The position numbers were made by a program, and so were the translations under genes. From the NCBI GenBank assembly GCA_045659905.1, contig JAZRCT010000012.1, positions 47,538 through 111,537 on the forward strand: DNA of 64,000 bases, given 5' to 3'. Of the stretch, positions 32,379 through 40,853 are shown one piece after another. The DNA is from Eubacteriales bacterium. GTDB lineage: Bacteria; Bacillota; Clostridia; Oscillospirales; CAG-272. The notes under the pieces were generated by a model. The model was not told the DNA's origin. It saw nothing but the letters and a program-made list of their open reading frames with translations, and did no database searches. Numbering within the stretch: position 1 is the first letter of the stretch; each line of letters begins with the position of its first letter.

Positions 32379-32921
32379 TTAGTCTGCCTTGCGAACTTCC
32401 TTGGTGTCTACCATAATGGGGAAGTCACGCTTTCCGGTCGAAACAAGGATACCGAGCTGCTTCTGGTCTTCGCTGATAGTCTGAAGAACACCCGAATAGC
32501 CCTCGAAAATACCCGAGATAACCGTAACGTTGTCGCCGATAGCGAAGGTGAATTCGTTTTTCTCGGTCTCAACTTGGAACATTTCAACCTCTGAATCGGT
32601 GAGCGGAGTAGGCTCTGATCCGGGGCCGACGAATCCTGTAACACCGGTGATACGGCGTATTACGTGCCAGCTTTCGTCCGTCATAGTCATTTTGACGAAG
32701 ACGTAGCTTGGGAAAAGCTTGGTCTCTACCTCTTTCGTTTCACCTTTATCATTGGTTTCCTCGTGAATTTCAACGGGAACCTTGATATCGTAAATAAGAT
32801 TTCCAAGACCACGGTTTTCAACGTTTTTCTCGATGCTGGATTTTACCTTGTTTTCATAACCTGTGTAGGTATGAACTACATACCATCTGGGACCTAAATT
32901 TTTTTCATTGATATTGCTCAT
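32379..32921 (-). CDS. nusG: Transcription termination/antitermination factor NusG
   Basis: WYVVHTYTGYENKVK, FPSYVFV, GVTGFVG, KOW domain. Confidence 0.97.
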   Translation of the reverse strand: MSNINEKNLGPRWYVVHTYTGYENKVKSSIEKNVENRGLGNLIYDIKVPVEIHEETNDKGETKEVETKLFPSYVFVKMTMTDESWHVIRRITGVTGFVGPGSEPTPLTDSEVEMFQVETEKNEFTFAIGDNVTVISGIFEGYSGVLQTISEDQKQLGILVSTGKRDFPIMVDTKEVRKAD

Positions 32922-32931
32922 CGTCTGCCTC

Positions 32932-33252
32932 TTAGCCGATAAGACCGGCGAATGTATTTATGAGATATGAGCATGCGGTATCAAGAACCGCTACAAGAAT
33001 TCCTATTGCAACGACGGTAATTATTACGAGCTTGGTGCTCTTGGTTACCTCAGCCTTAGGAGTCCATACGACCTTTTTCATTTCGCCTACGGTGTCCTTG
33101 CAAAGCTTTGCAAGCTTTTTCCACATACGAACGAAAAAGTTTTCCTTTTTAGCAACCTTTTTGCCGGTTTTCTGGGCTTTTGCTGCTTTGACGGATTTCT
33201 CAGCCGATGCTGCGTTTACAGCGCCGTTGGCGTTATCAATTTTCTTTGACAT
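32932..33252 (-). CDS. secE: Preprotein translocase subunit SecE
   Basis: EMKKVVW.P plus TM helix; between rpmG and nusG. Confidence 0.93.
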   Translation of the reverse strand: MSKKIDNANGAVNAASAEKSVKAAKAQKTGKKVAKKENFFVRMWKKLAKLCKDTVGEMKKVVWTPKAEVTKSTKLVIITVVAIGILVAVLDTACSYLINTFAGLIG

Positions 33253-33264
33253 TTGTTTTCCCCC

Positions 33265-33414
33265 TTACTTGGTTTCTTTGTGCAAAGTGTGCTTGCGACA
33301 GAAACGGCAGAACTTGTTCATTTCAAGCCTGTCAGGATTGGTTTTCTTGTTTTTGTTTGTGTCATAATTCCTTTGCTTGCATTCAGTACAGGCGAGTGTT
33401 ATTTTGACTCTCAT
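33265..33414 (-). CDS. rpmG: 50S ribosomal protein L33 (Zn-binding type)
   Basis: Hand translation [49 protein letters not shown]; GGAGGT RBS. Confidence 0.97.
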   Translation of the reverse strand: MRVKITLACTECKQRNYDTNKNKKTNPDRLEMNKFCRFCRKHTLHKETK

Positions 33415-33534
33415 TGTTTTCGGCACCTCCTAATAGAATTCGGGTATAACCCGTTAAATACCTCCCTCAAAGCGGAAGCTGCGTGACCAGTCCCAGTAGG
33501 GCACGTAAAAAAAGCCTCCGAAAGAGGTATGTCA

Positions 33535-33563
33535 ATTATATCACTAAAAATTTTGTTTGTCAA
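33535..33563 (-). promoter_or_regulatory. sigma-A promoter of rpmG-secE-nusG operon
   Basis: TTGACA-17-TATAAT with extended TG. Confidence 0.8.
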
Positions 33564-33728
33564 GCACTTTCTAAAAAATATTTTATTATATATATAAAAT
33601 ACTTGCATATGTATCGTCGCTGTGCTATAATACTACCAGAATTCAACACAGTTTTCTTGCGTTTTGCCGATTGCTGTTTTGGCTTCTTGTGGGCGACACG
33701 CTTCTTATTCTACTAATAGGGGGATTTT

Positions 33729-34679
33729 ATGAATATAAAGGTACTTGATTACGCAACGCTTGGCGACGACTTATCGTTTGACTGCCTTAAGGAGCTCGGC
33801 GACTTATTTCTTTACGGCTATACCGAGCCAAACGAGCTTGTAGAAAGGCTTTCCGACGCCGATGCGGTCATTATAAATAAAATCAAAATGACGAAAGAAG
33901 TTCTTTCGCAATGCGATAGGCTAAAGCTCATTTGCGTGTTTGCGACCGGCTACGATAATATCGATATCGAATATGCGAAAAAGGCGGGAATTGCGATATG
34001 CAACGTGCCTGCGTATTCGACAGAAAGCGTGATGCTTTTTACCGTTTCTTCTGTGCTCAGTCTGGTTTCACATCTTGAGGAATATAAATCTTTTGTAAGA
34101 AGCGGGGAGTATACCCGCCTGGGAAAGCCGAACTCGCTGACACCCGTTTTCCACGAGATAAAAGGCATGAAATGGGGAATCGTAGGCTACGGAAATATAG
34201 GGAAGCGAGTAGCCGACGTAGCCAGAGCCCTTGGTGCTGAGGTGATGATAAACAGACGGACAAGGTCTTCCGAAAAATGCGTCGTCGATATTGATACAAT
34301 AATGAGAGAGTGCGATATAATTACCGTTCACTGTCCGCTTACGGAAGAAACACGAGGTCTTATATCGGAAGAAAAAATAGCTCTTATGAAGGAATCTGCT
34401 ATTCTGGTCAATACTGCGAGAGGCGCTGTTACTGACGAGGGGGCAATCGCCGAAGCGATCAAAAGTAAAAAGATGGGCGGTTTTGGCACGGACGTTTATT
34501 CGATAGAGCCTTTTCCTACGTCGCACCCATTCTTTGAAATAATGAATTATAAGAATGTTTGTCTTACGCCTCACGCAGCTTGGGGAGCATACGAATCCCG
34601 TGTGCGCTGCCTTGATGTGATATGTGATAATATATCAGCGTTTGTTCAAGGAAAAATGCTAAACAGGGTAGATAAATAA
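33729..34679 (+). CDS. D-2-hydroxyacid dehydrogenase (glycerate dehydrogenase-like)
   Basis: ATGYDNID, GIVGYGNIG, HCPLT, NTARG, TPHAAW. Confidence 0.9.
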   Translation: MNIKVLDYATLGDDLSFDCLKELGDLFLYGYTEPNELVERLSDADAVIINKIKMTKEVLSQCDRLKLICVFATGYDNIDIEYAKKAGIAICNVPAYSTESVMLFTVSSVLSLVSHLEEYKSFVRSGEYTRLGKPNSLTPVFHEIKGMKWGIVGYGNIGKRVADVARALGAEVMINRRTRSSEKCVVDIDTIMRECDIITVHCPLTEETRGLISEEKIALMKESAILVNTARGAVTDEGAIAEAIKSKKMGGFGTDVYSIEPFPTSHPFFEIMNYKNVCLTPHAAWGAYESRVRCLDVICDNISAFVQGKMLNRVDK

Positions 34680-34727
34680 AGGCAGAAATAGCGGTACAGC
34701 TTTAAGAATTGGCTGCACCGCTATTTA

Positions 34728-35894
34728 TTATCCTCTATCAACTGTGATTACGCAGAAGGTATTTTCTTTGCTTCTTGCTACCTTTTCCTCAATTATGGCA
34801 ATGGCAGTAGCAGGAGTAAGCTTGCTTTCATAGGGTAGGACGATATCGAATATAAGATTTGTGTGCGTTGTGCCTATGACTGCTCTGAAATCGTGAACCG
34901 TTATGGATTCGTCTATTTCCTGACAAGCCTTTATTGCGATTTCCTTAAGCTCATTCAGCTTTTCGTCATTAGTAACTATCGGGTCTAAATGTATTGTGCA
35001 AAGAATTCCGAGTGTGGCGGATACTTCCTTTTCTACGTTGTCAATTACGTCGTGCAGAACGAAAATATCACCGCTTCCGTCAACCTCTGCGTGGAATGAT
35101 GCGAAATAGTGATTCGGACCGTAATTATGCACCAGCATATCGTGCATTCCTATAATTTCGGGATATTTTGCTACGATTTCTTCAATCGCCTTTACAGTTT
35201 CTTCAACCGGAGCTTCACCGAGGAGGGAATTTTTTGTTTCATTTAGTATTCTGATGCCCGCAACGAAAATCAGGATAGATACGAGCATACCTACTATTGC
35301 GTCAATAATTACGAGGCTTGTAAGCTTGATCATTATAGAGCATACTAATACCGCAAGCGTTGACAAAGCATCTGTTAAGGAATCCACAGAGGATGCCAAA
35401 ATAACGCCTGAATTGATTTTTTTGCCCATAATTCGTTGATAAACCGACAAACCAAGCTTTATCAGTATGGATATAGAAAGTATAGTTATGGAAATTGCGT
35501 CTATCTCTATTTCGGCTTCAGAGGAATTAAAAATCTTTTTTAAGGAGTCAATTAAGAAATCTCCGCCGACGAAAAGTATCAGGAAAGATACAATCATAGA
35601 GGCTATATATTCAATTCTTGCATGACCGAAGGGATGGTCCCGATCGGCAGGCTTAGAGGAAATTTTAAAGCTCACGAAGCTGACGCCGCTCGACATTGAG
35701 TCTGAAAGATTGTTTACCGCATCTGCGGTAATAGCAATTGAGCCTGAAAGAAGCCCTGCCAGAAATTTAATACCTGCCAGAATAAAATTAACGATAATGC
35801 CTATTATACTCGTCAGTGTACCGAGGCTTTCCCGTGTTGCGTATTTTTGAGGCTTTTGGTCTGATTCTTGATTTTTCATTAACATTTTCTCCAA
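34728..35894 (-). CDS. Cation diffusion facilitator transporter
   Basis: ADAVNNLSD, KPADRDHPFGHARIE, HDMLVHNYG, IHLDP. Confidence 0.93.
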   Translation of the reverse strand: MEKMLMKNQESDQKPQKYATRESLGTLTSIIGIIVNFILAGIKFLAGLLSGSIAITADAVNNLSDSMSSGVSFVSFKISSKPADRDHPFGHARIEYIASMIVSFLILFVGGDFLIDSLKKIFNSSEAEIEIDAISITILSISILIKLGLSVYQRIMGKKINSGVILASSVDSLTDALSTLAVLVCSIMIKLTSLVIIDAIVGMLVSILIFVAGIRILNETKNSLLGEAPVEETVKAIEEIVAKYPEIIGMHDMLVHNYGPNHYFASFHAEVDGSGDIFVLHDVIDNVEKEVSATLGILCTIHLDPIVTNDEKLNELKEIAIKACQEIDESITVHDFRAVIGTTHTNLIFDIVLPYESKLTPATAIAIIEEKVARSKENTFCVITVDRG

Positions 35895-35958
35895 AAAGGT
35901 TTACAATCAAAATTATTAGTGATATAATGAAGCTACTTTCAGCAAACAAGAGGTATTT

Positions 35959-36279
35959 ATGTCTATTATAAGAAAAAGCTTAGATTTTGAGGATTTTATA
36001 ACCTTTTATAGCGAAATAGCATTTATTATTGCGGGAATAAAGGTAAGCAAGCAGCGTATATTTATCATAACTCCCGCCCCCGGTGTGTCAGAAAATAAAT
36101 TCAAATCCTCTGCAAGAAAAATTCTCGCTGCATATAAGAAAGAGGGTGCAATAAGCGCATTTATTCCTTTTTCGGATATTTTTTCCGATAAGACAGCATC
36201 AAAATATCTGCTTAATTTATTTCCTGAAATTAAAACTGAGGTAAATCCCGCAGAATGTGGATTTATAGTAAAAATATAA
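35959..36279 (+). CDS. Hypothetical protein
   Basis: 106-aa ORF with GAGGT RBS, followed by a terminator; no family recognised. Confidence 0.55.
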   Translation: MSIIRKSLDFEDFITFYSEIAFIIAGIKVSKQRIFIITPAPGVSENKFKSSARKILAAYKKEGAISAFIPFSDIFSDKTASKYLLNLFPEIKTEVNPAECGFIVKI

Positions 36280-36294
36280 GAGCGAAAAGCTTTA

Positions 36295-36331
36295 AAAGAG
36301 GCTGTCTCAACAACGCTGAGACAGCCTCTTT
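36295..36331. terminator. Bidirectional terminator
   Basis: AAAGAGGCTGTCTCA-7nt-TGAGACAGCCTCTTT. Confidence 0.75.
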
Positions 36332-36354
36332 ATATCCAAGTAACCTAGCTAAAA

Positions 36355-36582
36355 TTAGCCCTGATGCTCTTCGAGATAAGTTACAACGTCTCCAACGGTG
36401 CTGAATTGATGGAGATCTTCATCATCGATTACTACATTAAATTTTTCTTCACAAGCAAGAACCAACTCTGCAAGCTCGAGAGAATTGATACCGAGATCGC
36501 CTGCAAGCTCTGCTTCCATAGAAACATCCTCTGCCTTAACGCGAAGCTCGTCTACAAGAAACTGCTTTACATTCTCAAACAT
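36355..36582 (-). CDS. acpP: Acyl carrier protein
   Basis: DLGINSLELAEL (Ser attachment site), acidic, TVGDVV. Confidence 0.9.
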   Translation of the reverse strand: MFENVKQFLVDELRVKAEDVSMEAELAGDLGINSLELAELVLACEEKFNVVIDDEDLHQFSTVGDVVTYLEEHQG

Positions 36583-36828
36583 ACTCTATCCTCCTTATTC
36601 AGAATTATGTGACATACACAGTACCACTTCAAGATAATACTACATTTTTTTCTATTTGTCAATAGATTTTTAAAAAATAAGTCAAAATTTATACAAGAAT
36701 TAGTATAAAAGCAAAAATAAAACTACAATTTCCTTAAAGCTCAGAAAATGAAATTAAAGCAAACAAAATATTGACATAAAAGGATTAGTGTGATAAAATA
36801 ATCAAAAAGGTTGTTTTAGGAGCTTTTT

Positions 36829-37254
36829 ATGGAGCAATTCGTGTGGATATGGCTTTTAACTTTGGCATTTTCTATAATTGCAGAGGTTATTACAGAGAAG
36901 CTTATTGCGGTTTTTGGTATTCCCGCATCGGTGGTTAGTATTGTTTTTTCGCTTTGTAATATTCATATCGTATATCAGATTATTGCCTTCGTGCTGATTT
37001 TTGCGCTTGGCGCTATCGGCGTAAGATATTTAGTAGGCAGATACAAATCCCAAGCTCACGGCGGTATTGATGCAGTAATAGGTGAAAAATGTGTCGTGTG
37101 TGAGAGAATCGATAATTTTGCAGGGCAGGGACTCGTTAAAATAAAAGGGCTCGTATGGAGCGCAAGAGGAGTTGGCGAAGACGATATTTTTGAAATCGGT
37201 GAATCACTTACGGTGGTTGCGGTTGAGGGTGTAAAGCTTATTTGTAAAAAATAA
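36829..37254 (+). CDS. NfeD-like (short, OB-fold) membrane protein
   Basis: N-terminal TMs, G.VKIKG..WSAR, V.VEGVKL. Confidence 0.85.
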   Translation: MEQFVWIWLLTLAFSIIAEVITEKLIAVFGIPASVVSIVFSLCNIHIVYQIIAFVLIFALGAIGVRYLVGRYKSQAHGGIDAVIGEKCVVCERIDNFAGQGLVKIKGLVWSARGVGEDDIFEIGESLTVVAVEGVKLICKK

Positions 37255-37357
37255 TATAAAAGCGAGATGCAAAATGAAGTGAATCCAAGGGGTAGACACT
37301 TTTGGGTTACATATCAAAAGGCTTTTCGCTTGCGAACGTATGGAATCCGTCATTCTT

Positions 37358-37437
37358 ATCCCGACGAAGTCGGATTTCATCACGAAGTGATTTCACCCAA
37401 CAAAGTTGGATATATCCCGTCCTTAAGGGCGGATTTA
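37358..37437. repeat. Cluster of four short REP-like hairpins
   Basis: ATC-CCGAC-GAA-GTCGG-ATTTC / ATCAC-GAA-GTGATTTC / CCAAC-AAA-GTTGGAT / ATCCCGTCC-TTAA-GGGCGGATTT. Confidence 0.6.
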
Positions 37438-37441
37438 ATTG

Positions 37442-37484
37442 AAAAAAGCACACATTGTCTTGGTAGACAAATGTGTGCTTTTTT
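37442..37484 (-). terminator. Terminator after tRNA pair
   Basis: AAAAAAGCACACATTGTCT...AGACAAATGTGTGCTTTTTT. Confidence 0.8.
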
Positions 37485-37485
37485 C

Positions 37486-37563
37486 TGGGGTGAGATAAGG
37501 GACTTGAACCCTCGACCTCCAGGGCCACAACCTGGCGCTACTGCCAACTGAGCTAATCCCACC
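37486..37563 (-). tRNA. tRNA-His(GTG)
   Basis: Cloverleaf by hand: G-1, GTGGGAT/ATCTCAC acceptor, CCAGG-TTGTGGC-CCTGG anticodon arm, GGTTCAAGTCC, encoded CCA; D-stem has one extra base. Confidence 0.93.
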
Positions 37564-37568
37564 GTATA

Positions 37569-37645
37569 TGGCGCGTCTTGAGGGACTCGAACCCCCGACC
37601 TACTGCTTAGAAGGCAGTTGCTCTATCCAGCTGAGCTAAAGACGC
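37569..37645 (-). tRNA. tRNA-Arg(TCT)
   Basis: GCGTCTT/AAGACGC acceptor, ACTGC-CTTCTAA-GCAGT anticodon arm, GGTTCGAGTCC, CCA. Confidence 0.96.
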
Positions 37646-37664
37646 ATGTTTGACAACGCTTGTT

Positions 37665-37693
37665 ATTATAACAGAATATTTTGGGTTTGTCAA
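37665..37693 (-). promoter_or_regulatory. sigma-A promoter of tRNA operon
   Basis: Perfect TTGACA-17-TATAAT. Confidence 0.85.
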
Positions 37694-37879
37694 TACCTTT
37701 ATTCAACTTTTTTAAACCTTTTTATAAAACTCACGACCGATAGAATTTATCCCCGAAGAGCTAGCTTGTTTTATTTAAAATTCCTTTCATATATCAAATG
37801 ATTTGCTATGCGCCGCCTTGCTTTTTCGAAAGATGCGTGATATAATTATAAGGACTTATAACTTAAAAGGAGAGATTTT

Positions 37880-38635
37880 ATGACAAACCTTCCGATTCTT
37901 TACGTATTGGTGGCGATTGTTATAGGTATCGTTACCGCACAGTCGGTGTTCTTTCTGGTCAAGTCGTATAAGCGCGGACTTGAAATAGGAATGGAGCGTT
38001 CGGTGCTGGTATCTACTATAAAACGTGCCGCACTGTTTACGATAGCGCCTGCTATTGCGATTTTTATGGGTGTCGTATCGCTCGTGAATATGCTTGGTAA
38101 TGCGCTTCCTTGGCTTAGGCTTTCTATTATAGGCGCTCTTACCTACGAGCTTCCTGCAGCAGAGCAAGCAGCTGCTTCGATGGGACTTGAGAGCGTTTCC
38201 TTCTCGCAGCTTACCGCACAGCAGTACGTTACTATTGCATTCGTTATGACCTTCGGTATTGCGGCAAGTCTCATTCTCGCACCGATAACCTGCAAGAAAA
38301 TAACGGGCGGTATGCTGAAGATTAAGGATAAGGACAAAAAGTGGATGGATATGCTTATGACGAGTATGTTCGTAGGTATGCTTTCAGCTTTCCTTGGTTA
38401 CATAGTATGCAATCTCGGCTTCGTAAAGGGGGACGGCGGCGTTATTGAGTTCCACTATCAGCTTGAATATTGGATGCCCGTATTCGTTATGGCTATATCG
38501 GCAGGAATTATGGCTCTTTGCGGCGTTTTGCTTAAGAAATTCAATTGGAAGTGGCTCAATGATTATGCGCTTCCTCTGTCAATGCTTGGAAGCATGGCGC
38601 TTGCCATTCCGCTTTCATTGCTTATAAACGGTTAA
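37880..38635 (+). CDS. DUF5058-like membrane protein
   Basis: AQS..FL, LPWLRLSIIGALTYELPAA, W..DYALP.SM motifs. Confidence 0.75.
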   Translation: MTNLPILYVLVAIVIGIVTAQSVFFLVKSYKRGLEIGMERSVLVSTIKRAALFTIAPAIAIFMGVVSLVNMLGNALPWLRLSIIGALTYELPAAEQAAASMGLESVSFSQLTAQQYVTIAFVMTFGIAASLILAPITCKKITGGMLKIKDKDKKWMDMLMTSMFVGMLSAFLGYIVCNLGFVKGDGGVIEFHYQLEYWMPVFVMAISAGIMALCGVLLKKFNWKWLNDYALPLSMLGSMALAIPLSLLING

Positions 38636-38649
38636 AGGAGGGAGTAGCT

Positions 38650-39354
38650 ATGAATTATATTGATAAAATGCACAAATACGGAAGAATATGGGCAGTAATA
38701 ACCTGCTCGGCTATTTTGGCGTTTCCTTTTATCCTTGCGATATATTTTCGGGCGTGGCCTGATTTTATGACCTTTATCAACGCTCTTTATCCTATTGCCA
38801 TTACATTCTGGACGGTTGGCATAATAGAGGTTATTACTTATACTCCTATGCTTGGAGTGGGAGGTACGTATCTTGGCTTCGTTACGGGAAATCTTTCTTC
38901 TCTTAAAGTGCCTTGCGCTCTTGACTGTATGGAAAAGGCGGGGGTTAAGGCGGATAGCGACGAGGGGGAGGTTATATCTACGATTTCGATTGCGACCTCC
39001 TCAATTGTTACGATAGCAATTATTGCAATAGGCGTGGCGCTGCTTTCTCTCATCTCTGATTTTCTTTCGAGCGAAATACTGAAGCCTGCATTTGATAACG
39101 TATTACCTGCGCTTTTCGGCGGACTTGGCGTAGTATATTTGTCTCGCTACTTCAAGATTGCAATAGTACCTATGTCGGTAATGGTAGCTTTATTCGTATT
39201 TGTGCCACTGCTTAATGCGGGCTCGGTAGGAATAATGATTCCCGTCAGTATGGTAATAACCCTCGTTTACTCAAGAATTATTTACGTTAAGCAAAATAAG
39301 AAGGTCTCGGCAACGGTTGAAGACAGCCGCAGCGACGAGTCAGAGGACGAATAA
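38650..39354 (+). CDS. Conserved membrane protein, usual partner of DUF5058
   Basis: EVITYTPMLG..GTYLGFVTGNLSSLKVPCA motif; multiple TMs. Confidence 0.75.
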   Translation: MNYIDKMHKYGRIWAVITCSAILAFPFILAIYFRAWPDFMTFINALYPIAITFWTVGIIEVITYTPMLGVGGTYLGFVTGNLSSLKVPCALDCMEKAGVKADSDEGEVISTISIATSSIVTIAIIAIGVALLSLISDFLSSEILKPAFDNVLPALFGGLGVVYLSRYFKIAIVPMSVMVALFVFVPLLNAGSVGIMIPVSMVITLVYSRIIYVKQNKKVSATVEDSRSDESEDE

Positions 39355-40799
39355 TGGAAGGCTTGATTATTGCTTTATCTCTTGTAGGTGCGCTTATCGC
39401 TTTTATATTGGTGCTTGTAATCAGAGCGATTCGCTTTAAGCCGAGATGCGTATCAAACGCAAGCTCGGGGCAGATAGAGGTTGATATCGAAAAAGCAACG
39501 AATGACCTTGCCGAGATGGTAAGGGTTAAAACGGTGTCTCACTCCGACCATTCGCTTGATGACGAGTGCGAATTTTCAAGATTTAAGACGCTTTTGCAGA
39601 AGCTTTTTCCCAATATAAATGAAAAATGTGAGTACAGTGAGCCAAGCTCCCGCTCGCTTCTGTTTAAGCTGAAGGGTGAAAGCAGTGACGCTCCGACGGT
39701 GCTTATGGCGCATTACGACGTAGTCTCCGTTGAGGAGGATAAATGGACGAAGCCGCCGTTTGACGGTATAATTGAGGACGGTGTGCTTTGGGGGCGCGGA
39801 ACGCTTGATACAAAAGGAACGTTAAACGGTGCAATGCAGGCTCTGGAGGCCAAGCTTAAGGCAGGCTTTATTCCAAAGCAGGACCTTTATCTTGCCTTTG
39901 CGGGTGACGAGGAGGTTAACGGCTACGGAGCTTCTTCGATAGTGAAGCTGTTTGAGGAGCAGGGAATTAAGCCCTCTTTGGTGCTCGACGAGGGGGGAGC
40001 GGTCGTAGAAAAGGTATTCCCGGGCGTAAAAAAGCCTTGTGCCGTAATCGGTATTGCGGAAAAGGGGATTATGAACGTAGAATTCGTTTGCGAATCCAAC
40101 GGTGGTCATTCCTCAGCGCCCAAGCCGCATACTCCCGTAGGTAAGCTGAGCCGTGCTTGCGTAAGGGTGGAAAGCAAGCCCTTCAAGGCTAAAATGTGTA
40201 AGGCTACGCTTGCGCTCTTTGATACGGCGGCAAGACATTCGACCTTTGTTTACAGACTTATTTTCGCTAATTTGTTCGTATTCAAGCCCATTCTTGATAT
40301 GCTTGGCAAGAAAAGCGGCGGCGAAATGAACGCTCTTATGCGTACCACCTGTGCATTTACTCAAATGAAGGGCTCGCTTGGAGTAAACGTAATTCCGCCA
40401 TCGGCTAGCATGGTTGCCAATTTGAGGATAATTCCGGGCGACAGCTGTGACGGTGCAATTGAATATTTAAAAAATACCGTTAACGATAAGGATATTAAAA
40501 TCAATATGCTTTTCGGCAATAATCCTTCGGTTATATCCGAGCTTGATTGCGACGGTTATAAAAGAGTTGAAAGCGCCGTTGCCGCAACTTGGACCGACGC
40601 AATAGTATCCCCATATCTTATGGTTGCCTGCAGCGATTCCAGGCACTGGGGAAGAATCAGTGACACAGTATACAGATTCTCAGCAATGGCATTAAGCAAT
40701 GAGGAAAGAGCTACGATTCACGGAAATGACGAGCGAATTCCTATTGATACCATAAGAAAAACCGTAGAGTTCTACACAAGAATTCTTGAAACTTGCTAA
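39354..40799 (+). CDS. M20 family metallopeptidase with N-terminal membrane anchor (carboxypeptidase S/PM20D1-like)
   Basis: AHYDVV, GRGTLDTKG, GDEE, LDEGG, GGHSS, IHGNDERI. Confidence 0.9.
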   Translation: MEGLIIALSLVGALIAFILVLVIRAIRFKPRCVSNASSGQIEVDIEKATNDLAEMVRVKTVSHSDHSLDDECEFSRFKTLLQKLFPNINEKCEYSEPSSRSLLFKLKGESSDAPTVLMAHYDVVSVEEDKWTKPPFDGIIEDGVLWGRGTLDTKGTLNGAMQALEAKLKAGFIPKQDLYLAFAGDEEVNGYGASSIVKLFEEQGIKPSLVLDEGGAVVEKVFPGVKKPCAVIGIAEKGIMNVEFVCESNGGHSSAPKPHTPVGKLSRACVRVESKPFKAKMCKATLALFDTAARHSTFVYRLIFANLFVFKPILDMLGKKSGGEMNALMRTTCAFTQMKGSLGVNVIPPSASMVANLRIIPGDSCDGAIEYLKNTVNDKDIKINMLFGNNPSVISELDCDGYKRVESAVAATWTDAIVSPYLMVACSDSRHWGRISDTVYRFSAMALSNEERATIHGNDERIPIDTIRKTVEFYTRILETC

Positions 40800-40853
40800 T
40801 TTAAAGGCTGACTTATGCAATTTCCGTTTGCACGGGCATAGGTCAGCCTTATT

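Noticed and set aside
37358-37437. Possible mini-CRISPR array
   Set aside because: Units are not identical repeats with unique spacers, and no cas genes are in the window.
37267-37562. ORFs 37267..37551, 37307..37528 and 37380..37562
   Set aside because: They overlap tRNA-His, its terminator and the repeat cluster; spurious.
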